This document shows positions 40,648 to 53,405 of a stretch of DNA of 64,000 nt, one piece after another (position 1 is the stretch's first letter; the number at the start of each line of letters is the position of its first letter). The translations under genes and the position numbers were made by a program. Source of the DNA: Kudoa neothunni (taxonomy: Eukaryota > Animalia > Cnidaria); assembly GCA_964304625.1 (NCBI GenBank), contig OZ199838.1, forward strand, positions 5,872,443 to 5,936,442, in the 5' to 3' direction. The notes beneath the pieces are model-generated. The model was not told where the DNA came from and did no database searches. It worked only from the letters and a program-made list of their open reading frames with translations.

Positions 40648-41262
40648 GAAGGGTCTGCAACGACCGATCCCAGGGATAAATTTGGCTCTGGAGCTTTATT
40701 CATCCGGCTCGCGAGAGGGTCAGTAATAAAGTTAAATTGTTTTCTTTATTAGGCGGTATTTTTGTAATGTCCCCTGTTCTTATAATCTATTTTTTAGCAT
40801 ATATAGAAAACTAATGGCAAAGTAAACGAAAAAATTAAATATTATCCCTTTTTTCTAAATGTTAATGTGTAAAAAACAAAACAATGACTAAAATTTTCCC
40901 TCAACAAATTTCTTATTTATTTTTGCTGATTGCATGATATTAGTCTTATTGTGATGAATGAAAACATTTAATTATTGTTCTTTACGATTTTGAATCATCA
41001 TTTAAATATATAAAATATTAAAGTCAATATCAATAAAATCTGATGAACTTTTAAATAAAAAATTATATAAAACTAGCTATTTCTTCGCAATAACGTCGAA
41101 GATTCGTTATGTTTTTTTCGCTTTGCATTGAAAGTATGTGATTTTAAATATCATAATATACATTTGCTAAGCCAAGTTTCACTTGTAATACGAAAAATTC
41201 ATTACAATTAAAGTATTTATACGTAACCTGGCCCGGCAACCTGATGGGGTTGTCGACCCTTG
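40648..41262. mobile_element. Old hAT (Buster-like) MITE
   Basis: Imperfect TIRs GAAGGGTCTGCAAC / GTTGTCGACCCTTG with GC-rich subterminal motifs (CCGGCTCGCGAG, TGGCCCGG). Flanks gttcaaat/gtgtaaac match 5/8. Confidence 0.5.
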
Positions 41263-43030
41263 GTGTAAACGATAACTTGATATGGCAGCTTAAATACCTC
41301 TGATAAGATTTGTGAATAAAATATTATTATGCTAAATTCACAATTCACTAATATTTATAAATTTGCCACCAAATAACAATGTTTACAAACCCCTATTTAT
41401 TTTCCGTTTAAAAGTTATTATTAATTTACATATTTGATGAAAAATTTGTGCATTTTTCCAACTGTTGTATTGAGAATAATAATCAAACGACGCCTCTTCT
41501 TCCTCTTTAAAACAGCAAGTATTCTTTTAAATTTTTCAATTGGAATTAAAGGAGGTTTTTAAGTCTCCTTTGGCTAAGTTACATGAAGATATCTTATTTT
41601 TACATTTATAAAAAATTGTAATATCTTTCGTCTATTATTAACCAAAAATATTAATTTTGGTATGTCACATAATCAAGCCCATCTAACAAATGTCGTAAAA
41701 TTGTTAGTCACATTAAATAAGTTATTCGGATTATTTTAATATAATTTATATCGGTATAAATATGTAATTTTATTAATTATATTTCAAAGCATATTTTTAT
41801 CGTGCTATGGAATTCTTCAATTAATGTGAATAAAATCATTATGTTAAAAATTATAAAGTTACCATAGTTATTTTCCATTATTCCCGCAAATAATTTTACC
41901 TAAAATTGAGCAACTCAATTAATTGTAATAATTTTTAGAAATATTGGTTTGATTCATGCCCATTAAAAATTTTAAGCCAAAAAAGCAATAATTTTTTCGT
42001 AATGTATTGGTTAAAGTAAATGAATAAATGTATTTAATATATATAGAACATAATTATTGTTTTAACCTCTAAATAATAGATTCGCCATTTAAAAATGACG
42101 TTTAAAGACTAATAAGCTATATTAATGTGTGTAATAGACCTAAATGGCTGTATTCAGAATTCTCCGCGATTTAACTATGTAAAATACATTGTGAGATACT
42201 AAAAAATTAATATAACTAGTTTCTACATGAAATATTAAAAAAATCAGAATTAATATTAGATTATAGTTTTTTTAGAAATACCTATATATGTATATATATC
42301 TAAAAATTTTTTGAATATAATTATTTTTTATTTTAACAGTTTTATAACATATTTTACAAGATATTCATTACGTGACACATAGCAGATTAAGCGAGGAGAT
42401 TAACGAATACATGACATGAAGAATAACGCCTCAAAAATAATGTATGGTATTTAAACACACGAGTTCTAAAACAAAAATTTATTATTAATAGCACAATTCT
42501 TTAAAAATTCACTTGTATTTTTTATCATATATGAGTGGAATCTTCAAATGGGTATCTATTTTTATTAAATTTTTCAGATAAAGTAGGTTATTGAAAAAAA
42601 TTCATTCTAACCGAAAGTTCAATTGTGTTTTGAACTCATTAACTTTCATATTTATTTTGATTTTATTACAAATTGAAAATTTTGGTTATTCATAAGTTCT
42701 AAAAGGAGAAAAAATTATTTGACCACAAGGAGTTAATAAAAGTTGTTCCATCAAACCGATTATTTTTTCATTTGTTTTATTTTTATTAGGATGAAATTAA
42801 ATTGGATTGATATATTTAAAATTTATCTTTAAGAAAGAATGTTTATTTTATGTAAAGGTGAAATTATGGACCTTATCTCGCGTTAAAACTAATTAATTAA
42901 AATCATTTCAGTTGGAGAATATTAATTTAATAGCTTGCGAATTCAATAAACTTAAAAAATACCATGCGACACTTACAACAAATAACATAAATCACACAGA
43001 AAATACGATTAACAACATAATCATTGAGAA

Positions 43031-43914
43031 TTAGAAAGAATATTGAAATTCTTTGGTGACAAAATTTGAAACGTTGATAAAGGATCGACAATAGAAGAGA
43101 TTTTTTAAGTGTGATTTTTTGGGGTGGAAAACACTTTTAGGGTATTTGGGTAGTCGATGAACAGGTATAGGTGGGTAATTGAGATACTTGGATCTAGCCA
43201 AGGAAGATTTGATTCTACAAAATTAGTCTAACCAAATCTATCCCATCACAATCAACCTGATATATGGAATGAATCCAACTACAAAGCAAGGTTTTATAGC
43301 TTCATTCAGGTGGTAGACTTTGGTTCTTCTAGTTGCCAGCACTTCATTCTAAGCCGAAACGAGTTGGATAATCCATGTAAATAAAACTAATGGATATTAC
43401 CTCACCACATACATATGTAAGGAAATTGGCATAATTTGGCGCATTAAAATAACGTAAAATAAGAAATCTAACTTTGTTCAATTCTGAAAATTCACTCACA
43501 CAATTTCACACAAATGAAGGGATTACGGTATTTTATGTTCTTTTCGGTGAATATGGCAATAATTCGACCGATTTTTTTTGGATTTGTTTTCGAATGCAAC
43601 AATAAAAAATCTCCAACTCGGTAAAGTTTTTTCTTGTAACGTATAGACGAGAAGAATCGATAAACTGGTTTGTGCAACTGAAATTTTTCTCGTTTCTTTC
43701 TACCGTTGTTGACTTTAGTTATTGCATTTGATTGGCCATTAAAATAGCCGTTATTTTTGACAAAATTGGTTGATTTTAGGTTTATTTTCTTGTAACCATT
43801 ATCAAGTGTTGAACTGAGTGATGTTGCAGGAGTTGTAGAAATGTGTTTTTTTCCAAATGAATGCTTTCGTGTAGATACACCTCGAAAATTTATCTTTCCG
43901 GTAGTTTTGTTCAT
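43031..43914 (-). CDS. BAH-domain protein, BAHD1-like (short basic N-terminus plus C-terminal BAH)
   Basis: SIRYKKKLYRVGDFLLLHS..IGRIIAIF, then NEVLATRRTKVYHLNEAIKPCFVVGFIPYIR and ..HRLP..LFYCRSF, which parallel the BAHD1 NEVFASRH..CYVLTFAEYCR..VFLCRHVY segments. Additional 5' exons up to ~44300 cannot be excluded. Confidence 0.7.
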
Positions 43915-44653
43915 AACAATATCTATCAATGTGACTACAAAATAAAGACAAAAAAATTTTCCTGCCACAGCAATCCTAACAGTGTAATCCTACAGAAGTT
44001 CAAGTCGCACTCGGCGGGCGAGCATACCAAAATCCCTCTTAATTATTGAAAATCAATACAACCTTATTTTCAAAGGTAACGGCACTTATCTAAAAACTAC
44101 ACTATTGGTGCGACCGATTCCCAAAACATTTCAATAAAAAACTAACAGCTTGGTCATAGATCCTCCTCAAATTATTCACACCCATTATGATAATACCACT
44201 TTAATTGGGCATATTTTGTTGGGGTGTTCACAAAAATATTGGTTTTCACAAAAATATTGGACGATATAATACCAAAAAAATAGTTTCCCTCTAATAACTT
44301 ATTTCAGCCGTAAAATAGTCATCATTCAGGTTAAGATAAACTTAAAACGAATGACTTTGTGGGTCTTAATTTTTCACTTTTTAATCAATCACTTCAATCA
44401 AGCTGACTTAAATCAATCAAATATATATCTAAATAATCCAATTTCTGATATTAAAATTGGTTTAACCTAATCTTCAACCAAATACCGTATTATTTCTTTT
44501 TGGTTTAGCTGTCAAAATTCACAAATCAATCTCCATTTTCAGTATCTACACAATAATACCTGCGAATAAATACTGTGCTTAATAGTATTATAATCCCAAT
44601 AATCAGTGCCAACAATTGATAACACAGAAAACAGAAATTCACAAAAAAAACAC

Positions 44654-45227
44654 TCATAAAAGTTTAGTTATTTTGTTGTCAAGTTTTTTTATGCGTTGAT
44701 CGTTGGTGTTAACCAACTGAGAAATATCATCGATCACCTGGTTTTGATGATCAAGTTCTTTACCCATAGAAATTGCACTATTTTTTAGATTGGAAATTTT
44801 ACTGCTAAGTGGATTGAACGACGATTTACTATCTACACACGTTGTTGAATTGGAAACATTGGTCGAGGTGGTTGATATTGCTTTGTAGTTGGATTTAGTT
44901 TGAGCCACGCCACTAGAATCATCCTAAAATTCAAAAATTTAATCAATAAATACATTCTGAAAAAATATATTTATTTAATAAATTTACTTGATTGTTAGAG
45001 CTGGTAAAAAAATTAACAAAATTCCTCCAAAAACTAGTGATATTATTAGTTGTTGTTTCACATTGCTTCAAATTTTGATCAACTTTATCCATTCTATCTC
45101 TGGTGCGTTCTAATTTTTCTCTTTGATTATACAGTTCGGAATTGATTGCTGAAGCAATCTCTTCAGTCTCTTCAAGGGATTTTATTGATTGTGTTAATCG
45201 ATTATTCAAATAATCATCTTCAGACAT
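44654..45227 (-). CDS. SNAP29: SNAP29-like Qbc SNARE (two SNARE motifs, no TM, no palmitoylation Cys cluster), 2 exons
   Basis: ELYNQREKLERT and MGKELDHQNQVIDDI SNARE motifs, joined across an intron at ~44925-44987. Confidence 0.82.
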
Positions 45228-45371
45228 GACAAAAATTGATTATCCTATTTCTAATGAACTAATCGATAAAACAAAATTAAAATACTCACTCAAAATCAAA
45301 CCTATACTCAAATACACTTTGTCGGTAGTTGTCGTTGTCTCAACTATTTTTCACACCCAAACTCTGGACGA

Positions 45372-46637
45372 ATGTTTTTCGGCTGTAGTATAGGCTTATT
45401 TTTATGGAATTTTTTATTCCAATCGATTAACAGTGCTTCCTTACTTTGCGGCTGAAATATTTTAAAAACGCTTGAATTTAGCCCAACAAATCCAACCCAT
45501 CGAATGCAGCTCCCCATCGTCAATCTCTACAGATTCTTCCGGGCAATCAATCAATTTGTGGTGCTTTTTTCGTTCTATTGATGCCAATTCAGTGTACACT
45601 GCTGAATGGTTTCGTGTCAGAAGTTCCATTGGAGCTAACAAATGCCCCGAAAGTGATTATTGTGAAAATATAACATCCACTGATCATGTCAGTTATAAAA
45701 ATGACACAAAAACTACTGGTCATGTCACCAACTTTACGGTACATTCCTACATGCCAGACGTAGGCATAATAAACCTCTTAGTTGGAATTTAAATTACTGC
45801 CCAAAACTGCTGGTGAATATTTTCTCGTTGTGTACACAGTTGATCAACTAAAATCCATCGTTTATCGCCATCAATGGCAATTTAATCGTATTTCCATGGT
45901 TTACTGATTTATTGATTGAGAAAATGATCTATTCATTTTTCAGACAAACTGGAACTGCCGTATGAGGGCATTATCCTCCCTATTAGAACCACTGTGGGTC
46001 ATTCAGTCCAATTGGAATGCTTGATCTATGGCTACCCAGTTAATGATATCGCATGGGAAAACAATTCTTTACCTATTGAAGGTATAAGAATACACTGTTA
46101 TAGTTTTAAATTTCTTGTACAATCGATAGATAATAATGGTGTGACTTATTCCTCAAAAAATGGACTTGCCAACTCGGTTCTAACTATCAAAAACCCCCAG
46201 AGCTATGATGCCAACAATTACCAATGTATTTTCAAACAAACTTCCACTGGCATCACTAAGGAATATCTTATACCACTTTATGTTATTAGTATGTTGGGGT
46301 TATACATGTTATTCAAAATGATGATAAAACTTAAGATAAATTGGCTCCATTGTGGCCATTTTTGGGAATCCTTGCACAAATGATAGCCCTCTTTCTTATT
46401 ATCGGCTTCGTCAGAGGTTATTTTGTGGTGCTTATCTATCACATGCAAATAAATAAATTTTTTAGAACCACATCGTAAAGGAGCCAATTGTCAACCTCTT
46501 ATATACAGATTGTAAGTCTCGTTTGTAGTTTACCAAAGCCTCATCCTTCTTATTGTTTTTTTCCTAGAAATAAAACCAATACAATTCAATCAAGCAGCCT
46601 TAGTAGTCTAGATGGGACCACAAAACTCATCAAATAA
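45372..46637 (+). CDS. Basigin/neuroplastin/embigin-family Ig-domain membrane protein
   Basis: Signal peptide MFFGCSIGLFLWNFLFQSIN; two Ig-like domains (GHSVQLECLIYGYPVNDIAW..LTIKNPQSYDANNYQC); TM DKLAPLWPFLGILAQMIALFLIIGFV matching the basigin LAALWPFLGIVAEV signature. Confidence 0.85.
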
Positions 46638-47463
46638 ACTAGAATGCACTTTTCCTAATGTTTGATTTGTTCATGTTATCGTTCTTCGTTTTGAGAGTCA
46701 TTACTTATCACTTAATCTTATAATCTACAGTAGTTTTACTTTTTCAAAAGTGGATGTCATCATTTTTAATTAGCTTTATAACTCTAATATTGAAACAAAA
46801 CAATTTGCATAAATTATGATAAATATGTATTAGTTTTGCTGTCGCTCGTAAATCCCTGAGTATAACTAGCGCGTTTTGTGTTTTAACACCCCCGGGACCA
46901 TGCGTGTCGTTCGAGACCCCATTTTTCTTAAATCTCTGGTTTTACCTACAAGAACTCTAAATTGTATCTTATAAGTTCGTGTAATCTCCTATAATTATGT
47001 CAATTTTGTTTATATTAACTTTCGTAAAAAAGAGACGGTATATATTCTGGTAAAGAATCTGTTCAATGTGCCGCCGGTTTATTAACCCATTCAGGGTTTT
47101 CGTTGCGTTTTCGCAACAAAATGTATTTGATTATATAACAACATATAAAATTATTATTTTAAATGTATTCTGTTATTTTAAATACCCAAACATATTAATT
47201 TATGGAAACAAATATTATTGGAGTTAATTCATATTTTAAGGTTGAACAAAATATGATTTTATGTGCTATTTTTGAAATTCCAACTAGACGAACACCAACT
47301 AGAGTTTCGCCTAACACAGATCATGAAAATCTTATTAAAAAACATATCAACTGCCATTTGTCATTTAATATCTATATATGATAATGAATGCATCAAAGGA
47401 TTAATGAATAAATATTTATTCGTAAAAAACATGTGTTGCGAAAACGCAACGAAAACTCCGAAC

Positions 47464-47478
47464 GGGGGGGGGGGGGGG
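47464..47478 (+). repeat. G15 homopolymer upstream of the piggyBac transposase start
   Basis: 15 consecutive G's directly in the sequence. Confidence 0.9.
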
Positions 47479-47512
47479 TAATTGTGCGCGCTGCTTTAAG
47501 TATCACTGTATA

Positions 47513-49228
47513 ATGGATCCAAAATCGTACATGAATCTTTTTGATGCAATCAAAGAGTATGAAGATAACGAAAATCTAGAGTCGATTGATTTTGTGTTAT
47601 TACCCTCTGAAAAAGTCGACGCTCTTACAGATACTGAGGATAATTTTGAATCCAATTTTAATGGCATATGTGACATCAATTTAATTTCTGAGACGTGTGG
47701 AGAGATTGAAGTATTTTCTGAGGCTCTTGAATCCTTCGTAAATGATGATACCTTGATATGGACTGATAAAACTAATGTCGATTCTACTCAAGAAAAATCA
47801 AAATTTTTATGTCAGAATGAGACTATATTAATCAATCGGAATATGGATAATTTTTCATCAATGCTTGAAGGGAACTTAAATTCTTATGGAACTTTTTTGG
47901 AGTTATTTGATGAAAATTTATTTACACGCATCGTGAAACAATCTAATTTATATGCGAGCTAGAATAACAACCATGACTTTCATGTTACGATTAGTGAAAT
48001 GAAATCATTTATCGGTATTCTGATTTTGTCTGGTTATCATAGATTAGCACGCCAGTCTATGTATAGGGAATCTTCTCCAGGCGCCGGTGTTGAACTCGTT
48101 AAAAGTTCAATGACCTACAAACGCTTCAAATCTATAAAAAAATTCATCCATTTTAATAATAATTCAAATATTGACACCACCGATAGATTTTTCAAGGTAC
48201 ACCCTTTAATTTAAGAATTTAACAAAAATTTCAAAAAATTTGGAATATTTGAAAAATATACATCTGTGAATGAACAGATGGTACCTTATACTGGTAGGCA
48301 TTCCGCTAAAATGTTTATGAAAAATAAACCAATTAGATTCGGCTTCAAGCAATGGGTTATGTCATCATCCTCCGGTTACATGTATAGTTTTGACGTGTAT
48401 AGTGGAAAGTCAGCAAATTATGATAAAAAATATGGTTTGGGTGGTAGTGTCGTAATCTCTTTTGCGGATGAAGTAAAAAATGAAAAAGATCTCAATATGT
48501 TCTTCGATAATTTTTTTACTTCTCATAAATTATTACAAGAGCTCAAAAGAAGAAATATCAAGGCTACTGGAACCTTAAGATCAAACAGAATATCAAATTG
48601 CCCTGTTACTCCCCAAAAAGTAATGGCAAAAAAACCAAGGGGAGAATTTGAGATGTTTTCTGATGATCAACAAGGTATTCATTGCATTCAATGGAATGAT
48701 ACAAAACCTGTTATCGCATTGAGTAATTGCTACACCGCTCACCCTCTCCGAAGCATCAAAAGATACTGTAGGTCGAAGAAAAAAGAAATTACTATTTGTC
48801 AGCCATTTATGATATGTGCATATAATAAGTTTATGGGTGGAGTAGATATTGCCGATAATTTAATTTCTTGTTATAGAATTAACAAAAAAGGAAAAAAGTG
48901 GTATTGGCCCATTTTTACGAATATGATATCAATGGCAGTAGTAAATTTATGGAGGGTTTATAATATTGTAAATAACACACAAATTGACTTGTTGAAACAC
49001 GTCAGGAATATAGTGACTGACTTGGTAACATCCGCAAAAACCAGCATTGGCCGAAAGTCTCTGTTGGGTAAATTGCAGAACGCAAATCTATGTAATAAAC
49101 CAACATTGGTGTCTCATCCTCACAAAATAAGACGTAAGTGTGTGGTATGTAAAAACATTACCGTCCATATTTGTAAAAGTTGTGGAAATCATATTCATAT
49201 AAAGTGCTCGGGGCTGTTCCACAAGTAA
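47513..49228 (+). pseudogene. piggyBac transposase, inactivated
   Basis: Three ORF pieces in one frame separated by TAG (47960) and TAA (48212). Motifs KNKPIRFGFKQW, FFDNFF, GTLRSNR, YNKFMGGVD, KWYW and a C-terminal Cys-rich domain. The first catalytic Asp reads SVNEQM. Confidence 0.93.
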
Positions 49229-50067
49229 ATGATTAAAATTATAATTTTCTTGTAGATAACTTTTTTTCCTCATGTATTTGACAAATATTATTTATGTGCG
49301 TTGTAATCTTATTCCCATACAAGGAAAGTTTTTCATTGCATTTTTGGAATCTAAATACTTCTCGAATATACTCTTTTATAATTTAATTTTTTTCGATTAT
49401 TTTTTTAGATGATTATTATAATCGTTATTAAGTCTAATACCAGATATGTAAAAACTACAAAATTGTAAGTTAAATGGGTTAAAGGTGTAAAATTTAATCT
49501 CACATAGCAAAATGAGAGATTAGTTAGAGGTTTTGTTACTAGCAAGGAAATATTGTTGAAATATGAACTAAAAATAATTTTTTATCGCTAATCTGGGCTA
49601 AGAAGATCGAGTGGCACTCAAACGTACTATAACCCATATCATTAAAAAATATAGAAAACAAAAAAATATAAATTTTGCGATAATATGTCACATAGGTATT
49701 ACTAAATTGTTGTTTAAAATTCAATTTTTTTGTTAATTTCATTTGTCACGCGACACGCAAATTTATATACAACAAGTTTTTCGTTGCGTTTTCGCAACAT
49801 TGCAAAAACCTACGTATCTTTGTAAGGAGATGAAATTTTAAAATAGTTTTTTTAAAATCAATAATAATATTGTTAGTTTTACTTAATATTGTAATCTTAC
49901 AAAAATACAAAATTGGAACCTGAATGGGTTAACTCGCCTTAAAAATCATTTTTTAGGCGTAATATCAAATGTTATCTTATTATGTAGCAAGAAAGTGATT
50001 ATAATACCACGAATGAATAAAAAATACAGGGAGAACGTTATAGTTTGGATTTCCCTCTTGTTGTATA

Positions 50068-50135
50068 CAGTGGGTGACGACTAATTCGCACTTTTTTCAT
50101 TGTCGCCAAAATAAATAAACCTGGAGCTTTTTATC

Positions 50136-50169
<34 letters not shown>

Positions 50170-52166
50170 TAGAATAATTAATTATGACGATATACAACTT
50201 TAAAATGTTTTATCCTATTAAATATAAGAAAATTTTATGAGTTAAACCCATTGATGGATAATTCGCACTAATTTCCTTGGAGCAGGGATGCAAAGCGCGC
50301 GCCGGTATCATTTAATACAGAAATATGGATGAACAAAGAAAGCATAAATGGATGACACTTACCGAAAAATATAATATTATTAAATATTTCGAAATTCAGC
50401 CTCCAAAAAATGCTAAAAGTCACACAGTGAAACACTGGTTTATCCTCTATTTCAACTTTGAATGGAATATTATTGAAAAAAGAGGAAATAAAGAGCTCTG
50501 TTGAGACCGGAGTAGTCAAGAAAAATCGTAAAACCTTGAAAAAGGATTCAAATGATGAAATTGATCAACAAGTTTTTGAGTGGTTAATATGGATGAGGTC
50601 TAAAAAATTGGAAATTTCGTCGTTGGAAATTATTTCGAAACGAAATGAATTTGCAAAAAACATTAATAAAGAAGCGAAAGATATGAGCTATGGTTGGTTT
50701 CGTGGATTCAAAGAGATTTAATTTACGACGACTAAATTTTCATGGTGAGGCAAACATGGTAAACATGGAAACTGTCGATGATTGGAAACTTCAATTAAAA
50801 AATATATTGAAAAATTATAAAGCTGAACAAGTGTACAACCTTGATGAAACAGCTCTATTCTATCAGCAACATCCCAGTAAGATATATAAGATATACAAAA
50901 ACGACAAAAAACATCATTAATTTGTTACATGTCGTTAAAAAAATAATTATATCAACATTTAATTTATGTCAATCATCAACAAATTCCCATTGGAATTTTT
51001 TAAGAACTATTTTACAATACATTATACTCACTCGAACGTATTTATGGTAACCTAATTTAGGAAGAAGTTATGTTCTATCTACTGGGGTAAATGCAAAATG
51101 CTCAAAGCGATCAAAAAAAGAGTTACGCTTTTATTGGGAGCATTATTATTAGGCGAAAAATTGGAACCATTAGTGATTGGTCATCATGAAAAACCAAGGT
51201 GTTTTAAAAATTTGAAAGATACTCCAGTTCCTTACTTCTCCGATAAGAAAGCATGGATGACCTCGGAGATATTTAAGAAATATTTAGTTAAATTAAATGC
51301 TAATTTCAAAGAGCAGAACAAAAAAATTGTGCTATTTCTTGATAATGCGAGTTGCCATTCACCATTACAATTATCAAATATTGAATCATTATTTTTCCCT
51401 AAAAATACAACTATTGTTTTGCAATCTATGGATCAAGGGATTATCAATTCATTTAAAGCTGTTTATAGAAGATATCTAATAAATAGATCTACATTTTTAG
51501 TTGAGAATGATGTTAAACTTAAGCCAATTGATTGATTAGAGGCGTTGGTACTTGTAAAAAAATCGTGGGAGGACGTAACGATCCAAACAATATCCAATTG
51601 TTTCAAGAAAGCTGGATTTAGATTCAATGGTAACGAAGATCCTTATTACTATTTTATACAAACTTAATAATTATACATAGACGAACCTGTAAACCATGAA
51701 GTTTTGGATGAAATCGATGGCCCAGAGATAATACAATGCCAAGATGAAGAAGAACTCGTTCAAGTCTGTGAATTTGAGGACAACCCTGGAAACAATGTTG
51801 TAACCATGTATGTAGAAGAATTATCTGATTGTGAACCTGAAGCATACAAAGAAGTGTCATATACCACGAAAGAAGCGCTGAAATGCTTTGAATATTTAAA
51901 GGGATACTTCATTAAGAATGGATCAAATATGTTGGATTATCTTCACAAACTAGAAGATGAAATGCTTCTAATCTCAAAAAGAGGATTTAAGCAAACGAAA
52001 ATAACAAATTTTAATTTAAAAAAGTAGGATAATATCACATTTCTTAAAAATCGGCCCAAATCTTTTACGCGTGCGCCAAATAAAAGTGCAAATTAGCCAG
52101 TAATGATGTTTAATTCGCACTTTTTCTCTGGTCCCAAAGGGATTACGAATTAGCCGTCACCCACTT
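50068..52166 (+). mobile_element. Tigger/pogo (Tc1-mariner superfamily) transposon with a disrupted, intron-containing transposase
   Basis: TA TSDs. TIR CAGTGGGTGACGACTAATTCG / CGAATTAGCCGTCACCCACTT. Transposase ~50326-52027: CENPB HTH (FEWLIWMRSK, SYGWFRGFK), YNLDETALFY, KKAWMTSEIF, LFLDNASCH, LQSMDQGII, NCFKKAGF, KQTKITNF. Contains frameshifts and a TGA. Confidence 0.93.
50138..50166. repeat. (TA)n microsatellite inside the Tigger 5' region
   Basis: About 14 TA units directly visible. Confidence 0.9.
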
Positions 52167-52214
52167 TAATAGGATTCTGATGACGTCAAAGGATAGTTTT
52201 AGGGAATCACGTTA

Positions 52215-52913
52215 CAGTAATGGACCGCTCGTACGTACATTAGTTATCATATGTATGAAAAGGTTTTCTCGTAATTAAAATGATTTAATGTTATTTTTAC
52301 TCGCTTTAAATAATTAATCAACATAATTAGTACGAAAAAACGGAAAATAAAAAGTCACGTGTGGAACGATCGTACATACCTTTTTGATTCGACCGAGGAA
52401 TTAAATTAGGCATTTTCTTTCGTTTTGTACCACGATTAAACTATCAGTAAGTTCTAATAGTTACATCAATGTGATAGCTTGTTGAAAAATGAAGAATAAA
52501 CATAGACGCATGTTGTAGATACATAGTAGTGTGGTTTATAATGATGTCCTCTATAATTCATAGAAATAACAATGAAGTAATGCCAGTCCCTCCCCAATAA
52601 TTAAAAAATAGATGATGATTTTATTGATCAAAAATTGAGCTTTTCAGGGATGGCCCTATTTTATTTAGAGGGGCTTGGCAACCATTTTAAACATCATGGC
52701 TCAAAAAGATGGGAGTAAGGCCCGATTGTATTCCAGATGTTTATTCATTTTAAAATCGTAATTTTAAACAAAAAAAATAATTGTCTTTTCATTGATATTA
52801 AAGTTATAGCTAGTTTTGTGCGCTCCCGCAAAAAATACATACCATCCGGTCGGACCGGCAGCACGTACAATTTCCTCATCGCCATGGGGATTACGTACGA
52901 ACGATCCATTACG
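52215..52913. mobile_element. TA-target MITE (Tc1/pogo-type ends), ~700 bp
   Basis: TA-CAGTAATGGACCGCTCGTACGTA ... TACGTACGAACGATCCATTACG-TA imperfect TIRs; no ORF. Confidence 0.75.
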
Positions 52914-53405
52914 TAATACTTACCAAAACGTGTTAATTCTCAATAATTAAAGGCTGTATCATATTTTTGATATGTTTTTATAACATTCATTAATGTTTAT
53001 CATTTATTAAAATATGACGCTTCAATTTGTCCTAGAACGCCCATACATATTTTCTTTCTACGTGCAGTATTATCATAATGGATTAAATTATGCAATTTTG
53101 ATTCATCTTTAAATATTTAATTAGTGTGGCCCAAAAGTAATTGAATGAAGAAAAGAATAAGTTATATTTTGATAAAATATAACTTAATAAGAAAACTCCC
53201 AAAATAAATATTAACTAAAACTTGGACCATAACATACATTTTTATTCCGTTCAGTGAATTAGATCAAATATGATCCACCAATCAACGTTGAGATTACCGA
53301 GGTCAGCTATGTGTGTTATTATTTGCGAAAAGAATAACCGGGAATCATTTTTTCTATTTCCTACTGATCGAAAAGGATTTGAAATGTTGGTGTCTATCTT
53401 ATAAC

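Larger units (their letters stand above)
47086..49928 (+). mobile_element. Full-length piggyBac transposon (PGBD2/3-like), 2843 bp
   Basis: TTAA TSD on both sides. TIR CCCATTCAGG/CCTGAATGGG. Subterminal repeat TTTTCGTTGCGTTTTCGCAACA at ~47097, ~47433 (inverted) and ~49777. Confidence 0.95.

Noticed and set aside
3608-46129. Stop-free 3n introns (3608-3649, 21146-21190, 46082-46129) as regulated intron retention
   Set aside because: A handful is expected by chance among dozens of ~45-nt introns, and there is no evidence of function.
47960-48214. In-frame TAG/TAA in the piggyBac ORF as stop-codon reassignment or readthrough
   Set aside because: Host genes here terminate at TAA, TAG and TGA at homologous ends, and their long exons have no internal stops. 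These are ordinary nonsense mutations.
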